From the NCBI GenBank assembly GCA_021814545.1, contig JAKAID010000001.1, positions 41,590 through 105,589 of the forward strand: a stretch of 64,000 bases of DNA, in the 5' to 3' direction. The notes beneath the pieces are model-generated. The model saw only the letters and a program-made list of their open reading frames with translations, did not search any database and was not told where the DNA came from. This DNA is from a bacterium. GTDB taxonomy: Bacteria; Patescibacteriota; Minisyncoccia; UBA6257; GWB1-50-10. Shown here piece after piece: positions 18,396 through 29,491 of the stretch (the first letter of the stretch is position 1; each line of letters begins with the position of its first letter). Position numbers and translations under genes: made by a program.

Positions 18396-18809
18396 ATGCC
18401 GACCATTCGACAACTCATCAAGAACGGGCGCAAGACCAAAAAGGGCAAGGACAAGACTCCTGGCCTCGGTTATTATTTCAACTATTTACAGAATCGCCGC
18501 GTGAACTCGGCGTCGCCTTTCAAGCGCGGCGTGTGTCTCAAGGTGTTCACTACGACTCCAAAGAAGCCGAACTCGGCACTTCGCAAGGTGGCGCGTGTGC
18601 GTTTGACGAACGGCATGGAAGTCACCGCGTACATTCCGGGCGAGGGTCACAACCTCCAGGAACACTCGGTGGTGGTCATCCGCGGCGGCCGCGTGAAAGA
18701 CCTTCCCGGTGTCCGTTACCACATTGTGCGCGGGGTGCTCGATACGGCGGGTGTAGACCGCAATCAGCAGAGGTCCAAGTACGGTGCGAAGAAAAAGAAG
18801 AAGAGCTAA
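18396..18809 (+). CDS. rpsL: 30S ribosomal protein S12 (with ~13-aa insertion [13 protein letters not shown])
   Basis: [22 protein letters not shown]...[32 protein letters not shown]. Confidence 0.95.
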   Translation: MPTIRQLIKNGRKTKKGKDKTPGLGYYFNYLQNRRVNSASPFKRGVCLKVFTTTPKKPNSALRKVARVRLTNGMEVTAYIPGEGHNLQEHSVVVIRGGRVKDLPGVRYHIVRGVLDTAGVDRNQQRSKYGAKKKKKS

Positions 18810-18812
18810 TCC

Positions 18813-19292
18813 ATGAGAAAACGCGGATATTACAAAAAGAGAGAGTTCGTTCCCGACACGAAGTACAACCGCACCGACATCGGCCGCTTCATCAATTACA
18901 TGATGGAAGATGGCAGGAAGGCGGCGGCAGAGCGCGTAGTGTATTCGGCACTTGAGTTCATCAAGAAGACCACGAAGGAGGACCCCATCAAGGTGTTCGA
19001 GAAGGCGATGGAGAACGCGAACCCGATGCTTGAAGTTGTTTCGAAGCGTATCGGTGGCGCGAACTACCAGATACCGCGCGAAGTGAGGCCGGAACGTCAG
19101 TTCTTCCTTGCGACCCACTGGATAATTACCGCAGCCCGCGGTAAGAAGGGCAAGCCGATGGGCGAGCGCCTCGCCGAGGAGTTTATCCTGGCGGCAAAGA
19201 ACGAAGGCAGCGCCATCAAGAAGAAGCAGGATACACATCGCATGGCGGAAGCCAACAGGGCATTTGCATCGCTCATACGAACGTCCTCGTAG
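18813..19292 (+). CDS. rpsG: 30S ribosomal protein S7
   Basis: 159 aa; str-operon position after rpsL; S7-like sequence. Confidence 0.9.
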   Translation: MRKRGYYKKREFVPDTKYNRTDIGRFINYMMEDGRKAAAERVVYSALEFIKKTTKEDPIKVFEKAMENANPMLEVVSKRIGGANYQIPREVRPERQFFLATHWIITAARGKKGKPMGERLAEEFILAAKNEGSAIKKKQDTHRMAEANRAFASLIRTSS

Positions 19293-19358
19293 AGTCGAAG
19301 CGGGTCGGCTCTCGAGGGAGAGCCGATTTTTTAAAAATACATTATTATTAATCAACGT

Positions 19359-21473
19359 ATGGCCAGGGAATATCCAATTGAAAAAGTTCGTGACATCGGT
19401 ATTATTGCGCACATCGACGCGGGAAAGACCACCGTATCGGAGCGCGTGCTTTTCTATACTGGCGTTTCGCATAAGATAGGCGAGGTGCATGAGGGCGAGA
19501 CCGTCATGGACTGGATGGACCAGGAGCGCGAGCGCGGTATTACGATTACCGCTGCGGCGACGACATGTTTCTGGACCCCGACCTATGTGCCGGCGGCAGA
19601 CAAGAAGGCATTCGAGCACCGCATCAACCTCATTGATACTCCGGGGCACATCGACTTCACCGTCGAGGTGAAGCGTTCACTTCGCGTGCTCGATGGCGCG
19701 GTCGTTGTATTCGACGGCGTGTCAGGCGTAGAGCCTCAGTCGGAAACGAACTGGCGTTATGCGGACGATTTTAACGTTCCTCGCCTCTGCTTTATCAATA
19801 AGTTGGACCGTATGGGCGCGAGCTTCGAGAACAGCTATAACTCTATTCTTGAGCGTCTCACTCCGAACGCGATTCCCGTGCAGTGGCCGATCGGTGCGGA
19901 AGAGCACTTCACTGGCATCGTCGACCTCTTGCAGAAGAAGGCATACGCATTCTCGGGCGAGAAGGGCGAGAAAATCGCCGAGATAGAAATCCCGGCGGAT
20001 TTGAAAGCGCTCGTAGACGAAAAGCATCACGTGCTCGTCGAGAAAATCTCCGAGACTGACGATGAGCTTCTTGCGAAGTACTTGGACGGCAAGATGCCGA
20101 CGCTTCCTGAATTGAAAAAAGCGCTTCGTGCGGCAACGTTGAAGGTGAAAATCGTGCCGGTGCTCTGCGGCTCGGCTTTGAAGAACAAGGGCGTGCAGCT
20201 CATGCTCGATGCGGTCATCGATTATTTGCCTTCGCCTATCGACCTTCCGCCGGTGAAAGGTATGAACCCCGTGACCCAGCAGGAGGAGGAGCGCCATCCG
20301 AAAGACGACGAGCCGCTCGCGGCACTCGCATTCAAGATCGCGACCGATCCTTTCGTAGGTTCGCTCACCTTTTTCCGCGTCTATTCGGGTACCTTGAAGC
20401 GCGGCAGCTATGTATTGAATTCGACGAAGGGCAAACAGGAGCGTATCGGCCGTATCGTGCGTATGCACGCGAACCATCGCGAAGAGGTGGAAGAAATTTA
20501 TGCGGGTGACCTTGGCGCCATTGTCGGTTTGAAAGACACGACGACCGCCGACAGCTTGGTGGACCCGGAGCATCCGCTCGTACTCGAGAGCATCACGTTC
20601 CCCGAGCCGGTTATTTCAATGCGTATTGAACCGAAGACGAAGGCTGACCAGGAAAAAATGGGCATCGCCTTGCACAAGCTCGCGGAGGAGGACCCCACCT
20701 TCAAGGTTGAGGGCGATGCAGAGACTGGCGAGACCATTATTTCTGGCATGGGCGAGCTCCAGCTCGAAGTGCTCGTGGAGCGCATGAAGCGCGAATTCAA
20801 AGTGGAGGCTAATGTGGGCCGCCCGCAGGTTGCGTACAAGGAAACCATCCGCGGCAAGGGTGACGCGGAAGGCAAGTATATTCGCCAGTCCGGCGGCAAG
20901 GGCCAGTACGGCCACGCGAAATTGAAGATAGAGCCGCTCGAGCGCGGCAAGGGCTTCGAGTTCGTCGATGAGATTAAGGGAGGCTCGGTGCCGAAAGAAT
21001 TTATTAAGCCTATCGAGAAGGGTGTGGAAGAGGCGGCAGCACGCGGCGTGGTCGCGGGCTATCCGGTCGTGGACCTCAGGGTTACACTCTACGACGGTTC
21101 GTTCCACGAAGTCGACTCGTCAGAGTTCGCCTTCAAGATCGCCGGTTCGATGGCGTTCCAGGAGGCGGTGCGGCAGGCGAAGCCGGTTGTCTTGGAACCT
21201 GTTATGAAGGTGCAGGTCATCGCGCCCGCGAACTTTTTGGGTGATATCACGGGCGACCTAAGCTCACGCCGCGCGAAAATCTCGGCGATGGGCGAGCGGG
21301 GGAACCTCCGCGTCATCGATGCGACGGTACCGCTTGCGGAAATGTTCGGCTATGTAACGAACCTCCGCTCGGCGACTCAGGGTCGCGGCAGTTTCAACAT
21401 GGAGTTCTCGCATTACGAAGAAGTGCCCAACAACGTGGCACAGACTATTATCGAGGGAAAGCAGAAGAAATAA
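19359..21473 (+). CDS. fusA: elongation factor G
   Basis: 704 aa; G domain [21 protein letters not shown]. Confidence 0.95.
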   Translation: MAREYPIEKVRDIGIIAHIDAGKTTVSERVLFYTGVSHKIGEVHEGETVMDWMDQERERGITITAAATTCFWTPTYVPAADKKAFEHRINLIDTPGHIDFTVEVKRSLRVLDGAVVVFDGVSGVEPQSETNWRYADDFNVPRLCFINKLDRMGASFENSYNSILERLTPNAIPVQWPIGAEEHFTGIVDLLQKKAYAFSGEKGEKIAEIEIPADLKALVDEKHHVLVEKISETDDELLAKYLDGKMPTLPELKKALRAATLKVKIVPVLCGSALKNKGVQLMLDAVIDYLPSPIDLPPVKGMNPVTQQEEERHPKDDEPLAALAFKIATDPFVGSLTFFRVYSGTLKRGSYVLNSTKGKQERIGRIVRMHANHREEVEEIYAGDLGAIVGLKDTTTADSLVDPEHPLVLESITFPEPVISMRIEPKTKADQEKMGIALHKLAEEDPTFKVEGDAETGETIISGMGELQLEVLVERMKREFKVEANVGRPQVAYKETIRGKGDAEGKYIRQSGGKGQYGHAKLKIEPLERGKGFEFVDEIKGGSVPKEFIKPIEKGVEEAAARGVVAGYPVVDLRVTLYDGSFHEVDSSEFAFKIAGSMAFQEAVRQAKPVVLEPVMKVQVIAPANFLGDITGDLSSRRAKISAMGERGNLRVIDATVPLAEMFGYVTNLRSATQGRGSFNMEFSHYEEVPNNVAQTIIEGKQKK

Positions 21474-21503
21474 AGACCTCGCTCGGTGAATATAGTAGCA
21501 GGC

Positions 21504-21542
21504 AAATCCCGCCCCCTCGATCAAGGGGCGGGATTTGTTGAT
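21504..21542 (+). terminator. rho-independent terminator after fusA
   Basis: aaatcccgccccctcgatcaaggggcgggatttgttg. Confidence 0.7.
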
Positions 21543-21662
21543 TGTGTATAATAAAAGACGCACGCTAACTCTTGACATTTTTTGCTGCATACGCGAGAAT
21601 TAGCCTTGCTTTTAAAGAAACCTAACAGGTCGAAAAAATAAAACAAAAAGCAATACACACAC

Positions 21663-22862
21663 ATGGCAGAGAAAGAGAAATTCGTCCGTAATAAGCCTCA
21701 CGTGAACGTGGGTACGATCGGACACGTTGACCACGGAAAGACCACTCTTACCGCGGCAATGACGCACGTCCTTTTCATGAAGGGTCTTGCGAAGAAGGAG
21801 GAAGGGGTCGACAACATTGATAACGCACCGGAAGAGAAGGCGCGCGGTATTACTATTGCGCTCCATCACTCTGAGTACGAGTCGGAGAAGCGCCACTACG
21901 CGCACATCGATGCTCCGGGTCACGCGGATTACATCAAGAACATGATTACGGGTGCCGCTCAAATGGACGGCGCTATCCTCGTGGTTGCGGCAACGGATGG
22001 TCCGATGCCTCAGACGCGCGAGCACATCCTTTTGGCATACCAGGTCGGCGTGCCGAAGATTGTGGTCTTCTTGAACAAGTGCGATATGGTGGATGATCCG
22101 GATCTTATCGACCTCGTTGAGTCCGAGGTTCGCGAGCTCCTCAAAAAGTACAACTACGATGGCGACAACACGCCCATCATTCGCGGTTCAGCACTCAAAG
22201 CGCTCGAGGCGAAAACGGCCGATGACCCGGCGACGAAGCCGATCATGGATCTCGTCAAGGCACTTGATGAGTACATTCCCGACCCGCAGCGCCAGACCGA
22301 CAAACCGTTCCTTATGCCTATCGAGGATATCTTCTCGATCGAAGGCCGCGGCACCGTGGTTACCGGCAAGGCAGAGCGCGGCATTTTAAAGGTGAACGAG
22401 GAAATTGAAATCATTGGTTTGAAGCCGACGCAGAAGACGGTCGTGACCGGCATCGAAATGTTCCAGAAATTGCTCGATGAGGCGCAGGCCGGCGACAACG
22501 TGGGTATTCTTCTCCGTGGCTTGAAGAAGGAGGACGTGGAACGTGGCCAGGTTATTGCTAAGCCGGGTTCCGTTACTCCGCACACCGAGTTCGAGGCGGA
22601 GGTGTACGTGCTTTCCAAAGAGGAGGGCGGCCGCCACACTCCGTTCTTTAAGGGGTATAAGCCGCAGTTCTACATCCGCACGACTGATGTGACGGGTGAG
22701 GTGATACTTCCTGCAGGTGTTGAAATGGTTATGCCGGGCGATACGGTGAGCATCTCGGTGAAGCTCATTGCGCCGGTTGCACTCGAAGAGAAGCAGCGCT
22801 TCGCTATCCGCGAAGGTGGCAAGACCGTCGGCGCAGGTGCGGTAACGAAGATCATCAAGTAA
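21663..22862 (+). CDS. tuf: elongation factor Tu
   Basis: [22 protein letters not shown] motifs; 399 aa. Confidence 0.95.
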   Translation: MAEKEKFVRNKPHVNVGTIGHVDHGKTTLTAAMTHVLFMKGLAKKEEGVDNIDNAPEEKARGITIALHHSEYESEKRHYAHIDAPGHADYIKNMITGAAQMDGAILVVAATDGPMPQTREHILLAYQVGVPKIVVFLNKCDMVDDPDLIDLVESEVRELLKKYNYDGDNTPIIRGSALKALEAKTADDPATKPIMDLVKALDEYIPDPQRQTDKPFLMPIEDIFSIEGRGTVVTGKAERGILKVNEEIEIIGLKPTQKTVVTGIEMFQKLLDEAQAGDNVGILLRGLKKEDVERGQVIAKPGSVTPHTEFEAEVYVLSKEEGGRHTPFFKGYKPQFYIRTTDVTGEVILPAGVEMVMPGDTVSISVKLIAPVALEEKQRFAIREGGKTVGAGAVTKIIK

Positions 22863-22865
22863 GGT

Positions 22866-23213
22866 TTGTTCCTGACGCCTATGGCAAAACGAGAAGAGCA
22901 ACTTCAAAAAGAAAAACTGCGCCTTCGCATCAAGTCTTATGATGCGAAGCTCATCGATAATTCGGTGAAGCAGATCGTCGAGGCGATCAAGCGGCAGGGT
23001 GGGGACGTAGTGGGCCCCATCCCGCTGCCGACCGAGTTCAAAAAGTACTCGGTAAATCGTTCGACCTTCGTGCACAAGAAGTCCGTTGACCAGTTCGAGC
23101 TTCGCGTGCATAAACGGCTCGTGGATATCATGAATCCTCAGCAGAAGATCATTGAGTCGCTCACTGATCTCAATTTGCCGGCGGGTGTCGATGTAGAAAT
23201 AAAGATGGGCTAA
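22866..23213 (+). CDS. rpsJ: 30S ribosomal protein S10
   Basis: RLRIKSYDAKLIDNSVKQIVE S10 signature; true start probably the internal Met near 22881. Confidence 0.9.
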   Translation: MFLTPMAKREEQLQKEKLRLRIKSYDAKLIDNSVKQIVEAIKRQGGDVVGPIPLPTEFKKYSVNRSTFVHKKSVDQFELRVHKRLVDIMNPQQKIIESLTDLNLPAGVDVEIKMG

Positions 23214-23330
23214 TCGCCCCGTGTGTATTGACTTTTTGACCGCTTGTACATTAAGATAGTTGAGGTTTAGCCAGATTTCATCTATTGAAAACGACAAGGC
23301 AAACCCTTGTTGTTTTCATAACTACGCCCT

Positions 23331-23762
23331 ATGGAAAAGGTTATCGCGAAAAAAATGAGAATGTCCCAGATATGGAAGAACGGTGTTGCCGTTCCTGTCA
23401 CCCCGCTTCTTTGTGAAAAGGGCGATGTTGACGCATTCCTCTCCGCTCTCAAGGAGGGGGAGATGGTGGCCGTTTCGGGCATCAGCCGTGGTAAGGGTTT
23501 CCAGGGCACAGTGAAGAGGCACGGTTTCCATGGCGGCCCGAGCTCGCACGGTCAGAAGGACCGTTTGCGCGCACCTGGTTCTTTGGGTCCCACGGCGCCC
23601 CAGCGCGTGCTTCCTGGCCGCAAAATGGCGGGGCACACAGGCAATGTGCGCGTGACCGTGAAGAATCTCATGGTCGCCGAAGTGAAACCGGCAGAAAAAA
23701 TGGTATTCGTGCGCGGTGCCGTTCCTGGCAATCGCAATGGCGCGATCGAGATAAGAAAATAA
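23331..23762 (+). CDS. rplC: 50S ribosomal protein L3 (reduced, 143 aa)
   Basis: KGKGFQGTVKRHGFHGGP...KMAGHTGNVRVTVKNL; roughly 65 aa of the usual middle region is absent. Confidence 0.85.
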   Translation: MEKVIAKKMRMSQIWKNGVAVPVTPLLCEKGDVDAFLSALKEGEMVAVSGISRGKGFQGTVKRHGFHGGPSSHGQKDRLRAPGSLGPTAPQRVLPGRKMAGHTGNVRVTVKNLMVAEVKPAEKMVFVRGAVPGNRNGAIEIRK

Positions 23763-23770
23763 ATTTCACC

Positions 23771-24394
23771 ATGACCACGGAACTCTACAACCAGGAGCAT
23801 AAGAAAGTCGGCACCGTTACGATGCCGGACGCGTTCTTTAATGCGGCATGGAATGCAGACTTGGTCCACCAGGTGGTCACGGCGTATGTGTCGAACCAGA
23901 GAAAGCCTTTGGCGCATACGAAGGGGCGCAGCGAGGTAAGTGGTGGTGGCAAGAAACCGTGGGCGCAGAAGCACACAGGCCGCGCAAGACACGGGTCTAT
24001 CCGTTCTCCGATCTGGAAGGGTGGTGGCGTGGCGCATGGTCCGGTTGCGGAGCGCAATTACACGAAGAAGATAAACAAGAAGATGAAGCGCGGCGCACTC
24101 GCATCCGTTCTTTCAAAGAAGATCGGCGAGCACCAAGTTTTCGTTATTGACTCGCTCGATTTCAAGGACCGCAAGACGAAACAGGTCGCAACGATGCTCG
24201 GACATTTCTTCGACAAGAAGCCAAACGTGCTGTTCGTGTCGGGCAAGGGCAACACCTCGCTTTTTGTGTCCGCGCGCAACATTCCGAACGTGGAGATAGT
24301 CCATGTAAACGAGCTTACTGTGGTGAACGGTCTTCGTCATAAGCACATTATTTTTGAAAAGGGCGCAGTAGAAGAGCTTGCCGCTGCAAAATAA
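23771..24394 (+). CDS. rplD: 50S ribosomal protein L4
   Basis: Order in the S10 operon; 207 aa basic protein. Confidence 0.85.
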   Translation: MTTELYNQEHKKVGTVTMPDAFFNAAWNADLVHQVVTAYVSNQRKPLAHTKGRSEVSGGGKKPWAQKHTGRARHGSIRSPIWKGGGVAHGPVAERNYTKKINKKMKRGALASVLSKKIGEHQVFVIDSLDFKDRKTKQVATMLGHFFDKKPNVLFVSGKGNTSLFVSARNIPNVEIVHVNELTVVNGLRHKHIIFEKGAVEELAAAK

Positions 24395-24399
24395 TCACC

Positions 24400-24771
24400 A
24401 TGAGCGTACTCGATGTATTAAAAAAGAAGGACGAGGGGAAGAAGGCAGCCCCGGCCGCGAAAGAGGCAGCAGCAACGCCGGCGCCTGTGCACGCGTCCGT
24501 GGTTCGCAACGTTATCAAGACTCCGCACGCAAGCGAGAAGGCGTATGGATTGCACGCGCAGAACCAGTACGTGTTCATCGTTGACCCTTCCGCGAATAAG
24601 ACGCTCGTGAAGGAAGAGGTACAGCGCCATTACCATGTAAAGGTGACGGATGTGAACATCGTGGTCCACAAAGGAAAGGTGAAAAACTTCCGCGGTCGGC
24701 CGACGAAGGCTTCCATTTCCAAAAAAGCTATTGTGACCCTCAAGGAGGGCGACAAGATAGAGATCGTATAA
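24400..24771 (+). CDS. rplW: 50S ribosomal protein L23
   Basis: Operon position; YVFIVDPSANKTLVKEEVQRHYHVKV L23-like. Confidence 0.85.
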   Translation: MSVLDVLKKKDEGKKAAPAAKEAAATPAPVHASVVRNVIKTPHASEKAYGLHAQNQYVFIVDPSANKTLVKEEVQRHYHVKVTDVNIVVHKGKVKNFRGRPTKASISKKAIVTLKEGDKIEIV

Positions 24772-24775
24772 ATTT

Positions 24776-25603
24776 ATGAAACAGTACAAACCGACAACGC
24801 AGTCGCGCAGGCACATGAGCGTAGTGGAGTACCGCAAGCTTTTGACACCCGGCGTCACGCGCTTGAAGTCTCTTACGAGCGGTCGCGGCAATTTTGCCGG
24901 ACGCAACTCGCAGGGTCGCATTACCATGCGCCATCAGGGCGGCGGTAATAAGAAAATCTACCGCGATGTCGATTTTGTGCAGAAAAAGTTTGGTGTGCCG
25001 GGCCGCGTGGAATCTATCGAGTATGACCCATATCGTACGGCATTCATCGCGCGCGTTTCCTATAAAGATGGCGACCGCCGCTATGTGTTGGCGCCGAAAG
25101 ATATGAAGGTGGGCGATGTCATCATCTCGTCCGAAGATTCGCTCTTCACACCGGGCAACCGCACGTCATTGAAGCGCATTCCGGTGGGTACCTTCGTGCA
25201 CAACGTTGAGATAACGCCGGGGAAGGGCGGACAGTTGGCGCGCTCCGCAGGTGCATCGGTCCAGGTGCTCGCGAATGAGGATGGTTACACGCATTTGAAG
25301 ATGCCGTCGGGCGAGGTTCGTAAAGTATTGTGGGATTGCTACGCGACCATCGGTCAGGTTTCGAACATCGAACATAACCTTGTGGTGAGCGGCAAGGCAG
25401 GCCGTTCCCGTTGGCTCGGTATTCGTCCGACTGTGCGCGGCAAGGTGATGAACCCGCGCGACCATCCGTACGGTGGTGGTGAGGGCCGCACGCAGCGTGG
25501 CACGAGGCGCCCGAAGACAAAGTGGGGCAAGATTACGGGAGGCCGCAAGACCCGCAACAAGAAGAAGTGGTCGAGTACGCTTATCGTTTCGCGCCGCAAG
25601 TAA
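24776..25603 (+). CDS. rplB: 50S ribosomal protein L2
   Basis: 275 aa; GRNSQGRITMRHQGGG L2 signature. Confidence 0.95.
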   Translation: MKQYKPTTQSRRHMSVVEYRKLLTPGVTRLKSLTSGRGNFAGRNSQGRITMRHQGGGNKKIYRDVDFVQKKFGVPGRVESIEYDPYRTAFIARVSYKDGDRRYVLAPKDMKVGDVIISSEDSLFTPGNRTSLKRIPVGTFVHNVEITPGKGGQLARSAGASVQVLANEDGYTHLKMPSGEVRKVLWDCYATIGQVSNIEHNLVVSGKAGRSRWLGIRPTVRGKVMNPRDHPYGGGEGRTQRGTRRPKTKWGKITGGRKTRNKKKWSSTLIVSRRK

Positions 25604-25661
25604 GACTTGTCTAAACGTCAGATTATCAGTATACTAATCACCGCTTTATCGAATTAATTTT

Positions 25662-25976
25662 ATGAGCCGTTCAATACGAAAAGGTCCTTGGGTGGATCCG
25701 AACTTAATAAAGAAAGTATCCCGCATGAAGCAGGGCGACCACACCGTCATAAAGACGTGGTCTCGTGATTCAGAGATCGCGCCGGAGATGGTGGGCTTTA
25801 CGTTCGGCATTCACAATGGCAAGGACTTTATCGAGGTAACGGTGGGCGAAGACATGATCGGACACCGGTTCGGCGAGTTCTCTCCGACCCGTAAGTTCAT
25901 CAAACACGGCGGCAAGATGCAGCGCGAGCTTGAGAAGCCCGCGGCCCCCGCAGCAGCACCGGCAGCAAAGAAATAA
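25662..25976 (+). CDS. rpsS: 30S ribosomal protein S19
   Basis: SRSIRKGPWVD...FGIHNGKDFIEVTVGEDMIGHRFGEF. Confidence 0.95.
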   Translation: MSRSIRKGPWVDPNLIKKVSRMKQGDHTVIKTWSRDSEIAPEMVGFTFGIHNGKDFIEVTVGEDMIGHRFGEFSPTRKFIKHGGKMQRELEKPAAPAAAPAAKK

Positions 25977-25985
25977 TACGAACCC

Positions 25986-26501
25986 ATGCAAACCGTTTCT
26001 GCACAACTTAAGTATCTCCGCGGCTCGCATAGAAAAGTGCGCTTGTTCGCGAGCGTGATAAAAGGTCTTTCTGCGAACGAGGCAGAGGCGCAGCTTTTGA
26101 TTTCGGCGAGCCGCTCGCGCGACGCGCTCATCCGTTTGCTCCGCAGCGCGGTAGCGAACGCGACGCACAATGCGAAGCTCGACCCGAAGACACTTTTTGT
26201 AAAAGAAGTGCGCGTGGACGGCGGTCCCATGCAGAAGCGTTGGACTCCGCGTGCTCGCGGCAGCGCCAGCAAGATAGAAAAGAAGACGAGCCATGTTACC
26301 ATCGTGCTCGGTGTTCGTGAATCGAAACCCATGAAGTATACCATCGTTCCGGCGAAGAAGACCGAAGCGAAGGAAGCGAAAAAGAAAACGACCGAAGATG
26401 CAAAGGTGAAACACGCGCACGAGGAGAAGGCGGGCGCGGAAAAGCCGAAAGAGAAGCGCTCCGGCGCGGGTCCGAAGATGTTCCAGAGAAAATCTATCTA
26501 A
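25986..26501 (+). CDS. rplV: 50S ribosomal protein L22 (with Lys/Glu-rich C-terminal extension)
   Basis: SAQLKYLRGSHRKVRLFASVIKGLSANEAEAQL L22-like. Confidence 0.9.
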   Translation: MQTVSAQLKYLRGSHRKVRLFASVIKGLSANEAEAQLLISASRSRDALIRLLRSAVANATHNAKLDPKTLFVKEVRVDGGPMQKRWTPRARGSASKIEKKTSHVTIVLGVRESKPMKYTIVPAKKTEAKEAKKKTTEDAKVKHAHEEKAGAEKPKEKRSGAGPKMFQRKSI

Positions 26502-26506
26502 ATTTT

Positions 26507-27184
26507 ATGGCACAGAAGATTAAACCGACAACGCTCCGCCTCGGCATCACCATTCCTTGGTCCAGCCGCTGGTTTTTAACCAAGAAATCGAAGTATTTTT
26601 TGGAAGAGGACCACATGATACGCGAGTTCGTCCGCGAGAAGATAAAAGAAGCAGGCATTGCCGGTCTTTTCATTGAACGCACGAGCGATGTGGTACGCGT
26701 GAATATCCGCGCTTCAAAGCCCGGTCTTATCATCGGCCGTGGCGGGAAGGGTATCGAGGAACTCCGCGAGCAATTGCTCCGCAAGATGAAGAAGCTCCGC
26801 GTGGCGAACAAGGTTCCCACGAGTGTTAATTTGAATCTTAATGTTGAAGAGTTGAAGCGTACGGAAATTTCTGCGGCGGTCGTTGGCCAGCAGATCGCTT
26901 CTGATATCGAGAAGCGTCAGCCGTATCGCAAGGTGATGAAGCGCGCGGTGGAGAGCGCAATGCAAAATCGCGACGTGAAGGGAGTGAAGGTAAAACTTTC
27001 CGGCCGTTTGAATGGCGCAGAGATATCGCGCACCGATTGGCTCGCGAAGGGCCGTATGCCGCTCCAGACGCTTCGTGCGAACATCGATTACGCAGAAACA
27101 ACTTCGTTCAACAGTTACGGAACGGTGGGCGTGAAAGTATGGATATACAAGGGCGAGGTTTTTGATAAAGAAGAAGGTAAATAA
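26507..27184 (+). CDS. rpsC: 30S ribosomal protein S3
   Basis: GQKIKPTTLRLGIT...KH domain; 225 aa. Confidence 0.95.
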   Translation: MAQKIKPTTLRLGITIPWSSRWFLTKKSKYFLEEDHMIREFVREKIKEAGIAGLFIERTSDVVRVNIRASKPGLIIGRGGKGIEELREQLLRKMKKLRVANKVPTSVNLNLNVEELKRTEISAAVVGQQIASDIEKRQPYRKVMKRAVESAMQNRDVKGVKVKLSGRLNGAEISRTDWLAKGRMPLQTLRANIDYAETTSFNSYGTVGVKVWIYKGEVFDKEEGK

Positions 27185-27189
27185 GCGCC

Positions 27190-27600
27190 ATGTTACAGCC
27201 GAAGAAACAAAAACACAGAAAACAGCAGAAGGGACGCTCGCGCGGGCGCCTCGTTGAAACGCGCGGTACGAAAGTTTCGTACGGCACGTACGGGCTCCAG
27301 GCCCTTGAGGCGGTATGGATGACCGCGAACCAGATCGAGGCAGGCAGAAAGACCATTGCGCACAGCATGAACCGCGAGGGCAGGCTTTGGATACGCATTT
27401 TCCCGGACAAGCCGGTCACGAAACTTCCCCCTGAGGTGACTCTCGGTGGTGGTAAGGGTGAGGTGGACCGCTATGTGTTTCCAGTGAAACCCGGCCGCGT
27501 GTTGTACGAGATCGATGGCGTGAGCCCCGAGGTCGCGAAGCGCGCGCTCACTATGGCGGGGCACAAGATGCCGGTGAAGACGAAGATTATTACCCGATAA
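27190..27600 (+). CDS. rplP: 50S ribosomal protein L16
   Basis: MLQPKKQKHRKQQKGR N-terminus; 136 aa. Confidence 0.95.
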   Translation: MLQPKKQKHRKQQKGRSRGRLVETRGTKVSYGTYGLQALEAVWMTANQIEAGRKTIAHSMNREGRLWIRIFPDKPVTKLPPEVTLGGGKGEVDRYVFPVKPGRVLYEIDGVSPEVAKRALTMAGHKMPVKTKIITR

Positions 27601-27601
27601 T

Positions 27602-27817
27602 ATGAAGAAAGGAGACTTGCTTACTATCAAAAAGAAACCGGTAGTGGAGATCGAGAAAGAGCTCCGCGAGCTTCGTGCGAAACTCGTGAGCTTGAAGTTC
27701 GACCTCGCTGCAGGCAAGGTGAAGAACATCCAGGAAGTGCACACTGTAAAGAAAAGCATCGCGCAGTTGCTTACCGTGCTTACGGAAAGGTCAAAAGAAG
27801 TCGCGGCCAGTAAATAA
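27602..27817 (+). CDS. rpmC: 50S ribosomal protein L29
   Basis: 71 aa coiled-coil protein at the conserved position after rplP. Confidence 0.85.
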   Translation: MKKGDLLTIKKKPVVEIEKELRELRAKLVSLKFDLAAGKVKNIQEVHTVKKSIAQLLTVLTERSKEVAASK

Positions 27818-27824
27818 TGTTGAT

Positions 27825-28052
27825 ATGAAGAAATTACAAGGAATAGTCGTGTCGGACAAGATGCAGAAGACCCGCGTTGTTGCGGTCGATCGCCAGAAGA
27901 AGCACCCCCGCTACGAGAAATATTACACCGTCACCGAGCGCTTCAAGGCGCATGACGAGAAGAACGAGTACAAGACGGGTGATACGGTGGTGATACAGGA
28001 ATCCCGTCCCATGTCTCGTGATAAGCGCTGGACAATTGTCGCAAAAGCGTAG
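27825..28052 (+). CDS. rpsQ: 30S ribosomal protein S17
   Basis: [31 protein letters not shown]17-like. Confidence 0.9.
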   Translation: MKKLQGIVVSDKMQKTRVVAVDRQKKHPRYEKYYTVTERFKAHDEKNEYKTGDTVVIQESRPMSRDKRWTIVAKA

Positions 28053-28085
28053 ATACTGGGAAAACGCAAAATTTAACCGAACCGA

Positions 28086-28451
28086 ATGATCCAAGAGCGT
28101 TCCATATTAAAGGTGGCCGATAACAGCGGAGCAAAGACCGTGCGCTGTTTCCGCGTGCTTGGCGGCAGCCGCAAGCGCTACGCGACTGTAGGCCAGATCA
28201 TTGTTGCTTCGGTGCAGGTGGCGGAGCCGAGGAAACAGGTGAAGAAGAAAGACGTGGTGCGCGCGCTTGTCGTACGTTCCCGTAACCCCATTCGCCGCGC
28301 CGATGGCTCTTACATCCGTTTTGATGATAATGCGGTGGTGTTGATCGATAAGGGAGAGCCGAAAGGCACCCGTATCTTCGGTCCTATCCCGCGCGAAATT
28401 AAAGAAAAGGGATACGACACTATAGCGTCCCTCGCAGAAGAACTCGTCTAA
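28086..28451 (+). CDS. rplN: 50S ribosomal protein L14
   Basis: [28 protein letters not shown]14 signature. Confidence 0.95.
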   Translation: MIQERSILKVADNSGAKTVRCFRVLGGSRKRYATVGQIIVASVQVAEPRKQVKKKDVVRALVVRSRNPIRRADGSYIRFDDNAVVLIDKGEPKGTRIFGPIPREIKEKGYDTIASLAEELV

Positions 28452-28469
28452 TCCACCAAGCCTTACCCC

Positions 28470-28775
28470 ATGAACATCAAGAAAGGAGATACAGTAAAAA
28501 TACTCATCGGAAAGGACAGTGGGAAGACCGGGAAGGTCTCGCGCGCTATTCCGAAAACGAACAAGGTGTTCGTGGAGGGTTTGAATTTGTATAAAAAGCA
28601 TGTGCGCGCAAAGCGTCAGGGGGAGAAGGGCGAAGTGATCTCACTTGCGCGCCCCATGAGCGCCTCGAACGTGGCCATTGTGTGTAGCCACTGCAACAAA
28701 CAGACGCGCATCGGTGCGCGCCGCGAAGGAGACAAAAAAGTCCGCATTTGTGCGAAGTGTGAGGCCGCTATTTAA
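28470..28775 (+). CDS. rplX: 50S ribosomal protein L24
   Basis: MNIKKGDTVKILIGKDSGKTGKV KOW motif. Confidence 0.9.
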   Translation: MNIKKGDTVKILIGKDSGKTGKVSRAIPKTNKVFVEGLNLYKKHVRAKRQGEKGEVISLARPMSASNVAIVCSHCNKQTRIGARREGDKKVRICAKCEAAI

Positions 28776-28780
28776 GTAAT

Positions 28781-29293
28781 ATGAAAAAAGAGACTAAGAA
28801 AATTTCATACGAGCGCAAAGACCTTTTGAAGGTCGTGGTGAACTGCGGCATTGGAAAACTTCGCGGCCAATCACAATTTGATGAGAAGGTGCTCCCCGAG
28901 ATAGAGAAGGAGCTTGCGGCCATCACCGGCCAGAAGCCGGCAGAGCGCGCGGCGACTAAATCCATTTCTACGTTCAAGATACGCGAGGGCGAGGTGGTTG
29001 GTTTGCAGGTCACGCTTCGCAAGCAGCGCATGATGGATTTCCTTGCGAAAGTGGTGAGTATTGTGCTCCCGCGCGTGAAGGACTTCCGCGGCTTAGAGCT
29101 TTCGAATGTTGACCATGACGGTAACCTGAACTTCGGGTTCCGTGAGCAAACCGTGTTCCCCGAAATAAACCCGGAGCGCTCGCGCGTTTCGTTCGGCGTG
29201 CAGGTAACGGTCGTTCCGCGCAATAAAGATCGCGAGGCGGCGATTGCGTTATATCGGTCGCTTGGGGTACCATTGAAACACTCTGAAAAGTAA
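28781..29293 (+). CDS. rplE: 50S ribosomal protein L5
   Basis: 170 aa; operon position. Confidence 0.9.
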   Translation: MKKETKKISYERKDLLKVVVNCGIGKLRGQSQFDEKVLPEIEKELAAITGQKPAERAATKSISTFKIREGEVVGLQVTLRKQRMMDFLAKVVSIVLPRVKDFRGLELSNVDHDGNLNFGFREQTVFPEINPERSRVSFGVQVTVVPRNKDREAAIALYRSLGVPLKHSEK

Positions 29294-29295
29294 TT

Positions 29296-29481
29296 ATGGC
29301 GAAAACATCTGTCATCGCGCGGTCAAAGAAGAAGCCGAAGTATTCAACCCGCATCGTGAGGCGTTGTTTCCGCTGCGGCAGGAAGCGCGGCTATATGAAC
29401 GATTTCAATCTCTGCAGGATCTGCTTTAGAGAGCTTGCGAGCCGCGGAGAAATTCCGGGAGTTAAGAAATCATCCTGGTAA
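29296..29481 (+). CDS. rpsN: 30S ribosomal protein S14 (zinc-binding type Z)
   Basis: 61 aa; [23 protein letters not shown]. Confidence 0.9.
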   Translation: MAKTSVIARSKKKPKYSTRIVRRCFRCGRKRGYMNDFNLCRICFRELASRGEIPGVKKSSW

Positions 29482-29491
29482 TCCAAGTGTT

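Noticed and set aside
18456-18500. Possible third in-frame repeat insertion in rpsL (the 13-aa [13 protein letters not shown] insert)
   Set aside because: The DNA shows no palindromic arms or similarity to cores A or B. It is more likely a lineage-specific S12 loop extension.
23214-23330. Hairpin caaggcaaacccttg followed by a T-run between rpsJ and rplC as a terminator or attenuator
   Set aside because: The stem is only 5 bp and lies inside a tightly coupled ribosomal operon, so it is too weak to call. It may simply be spacer.
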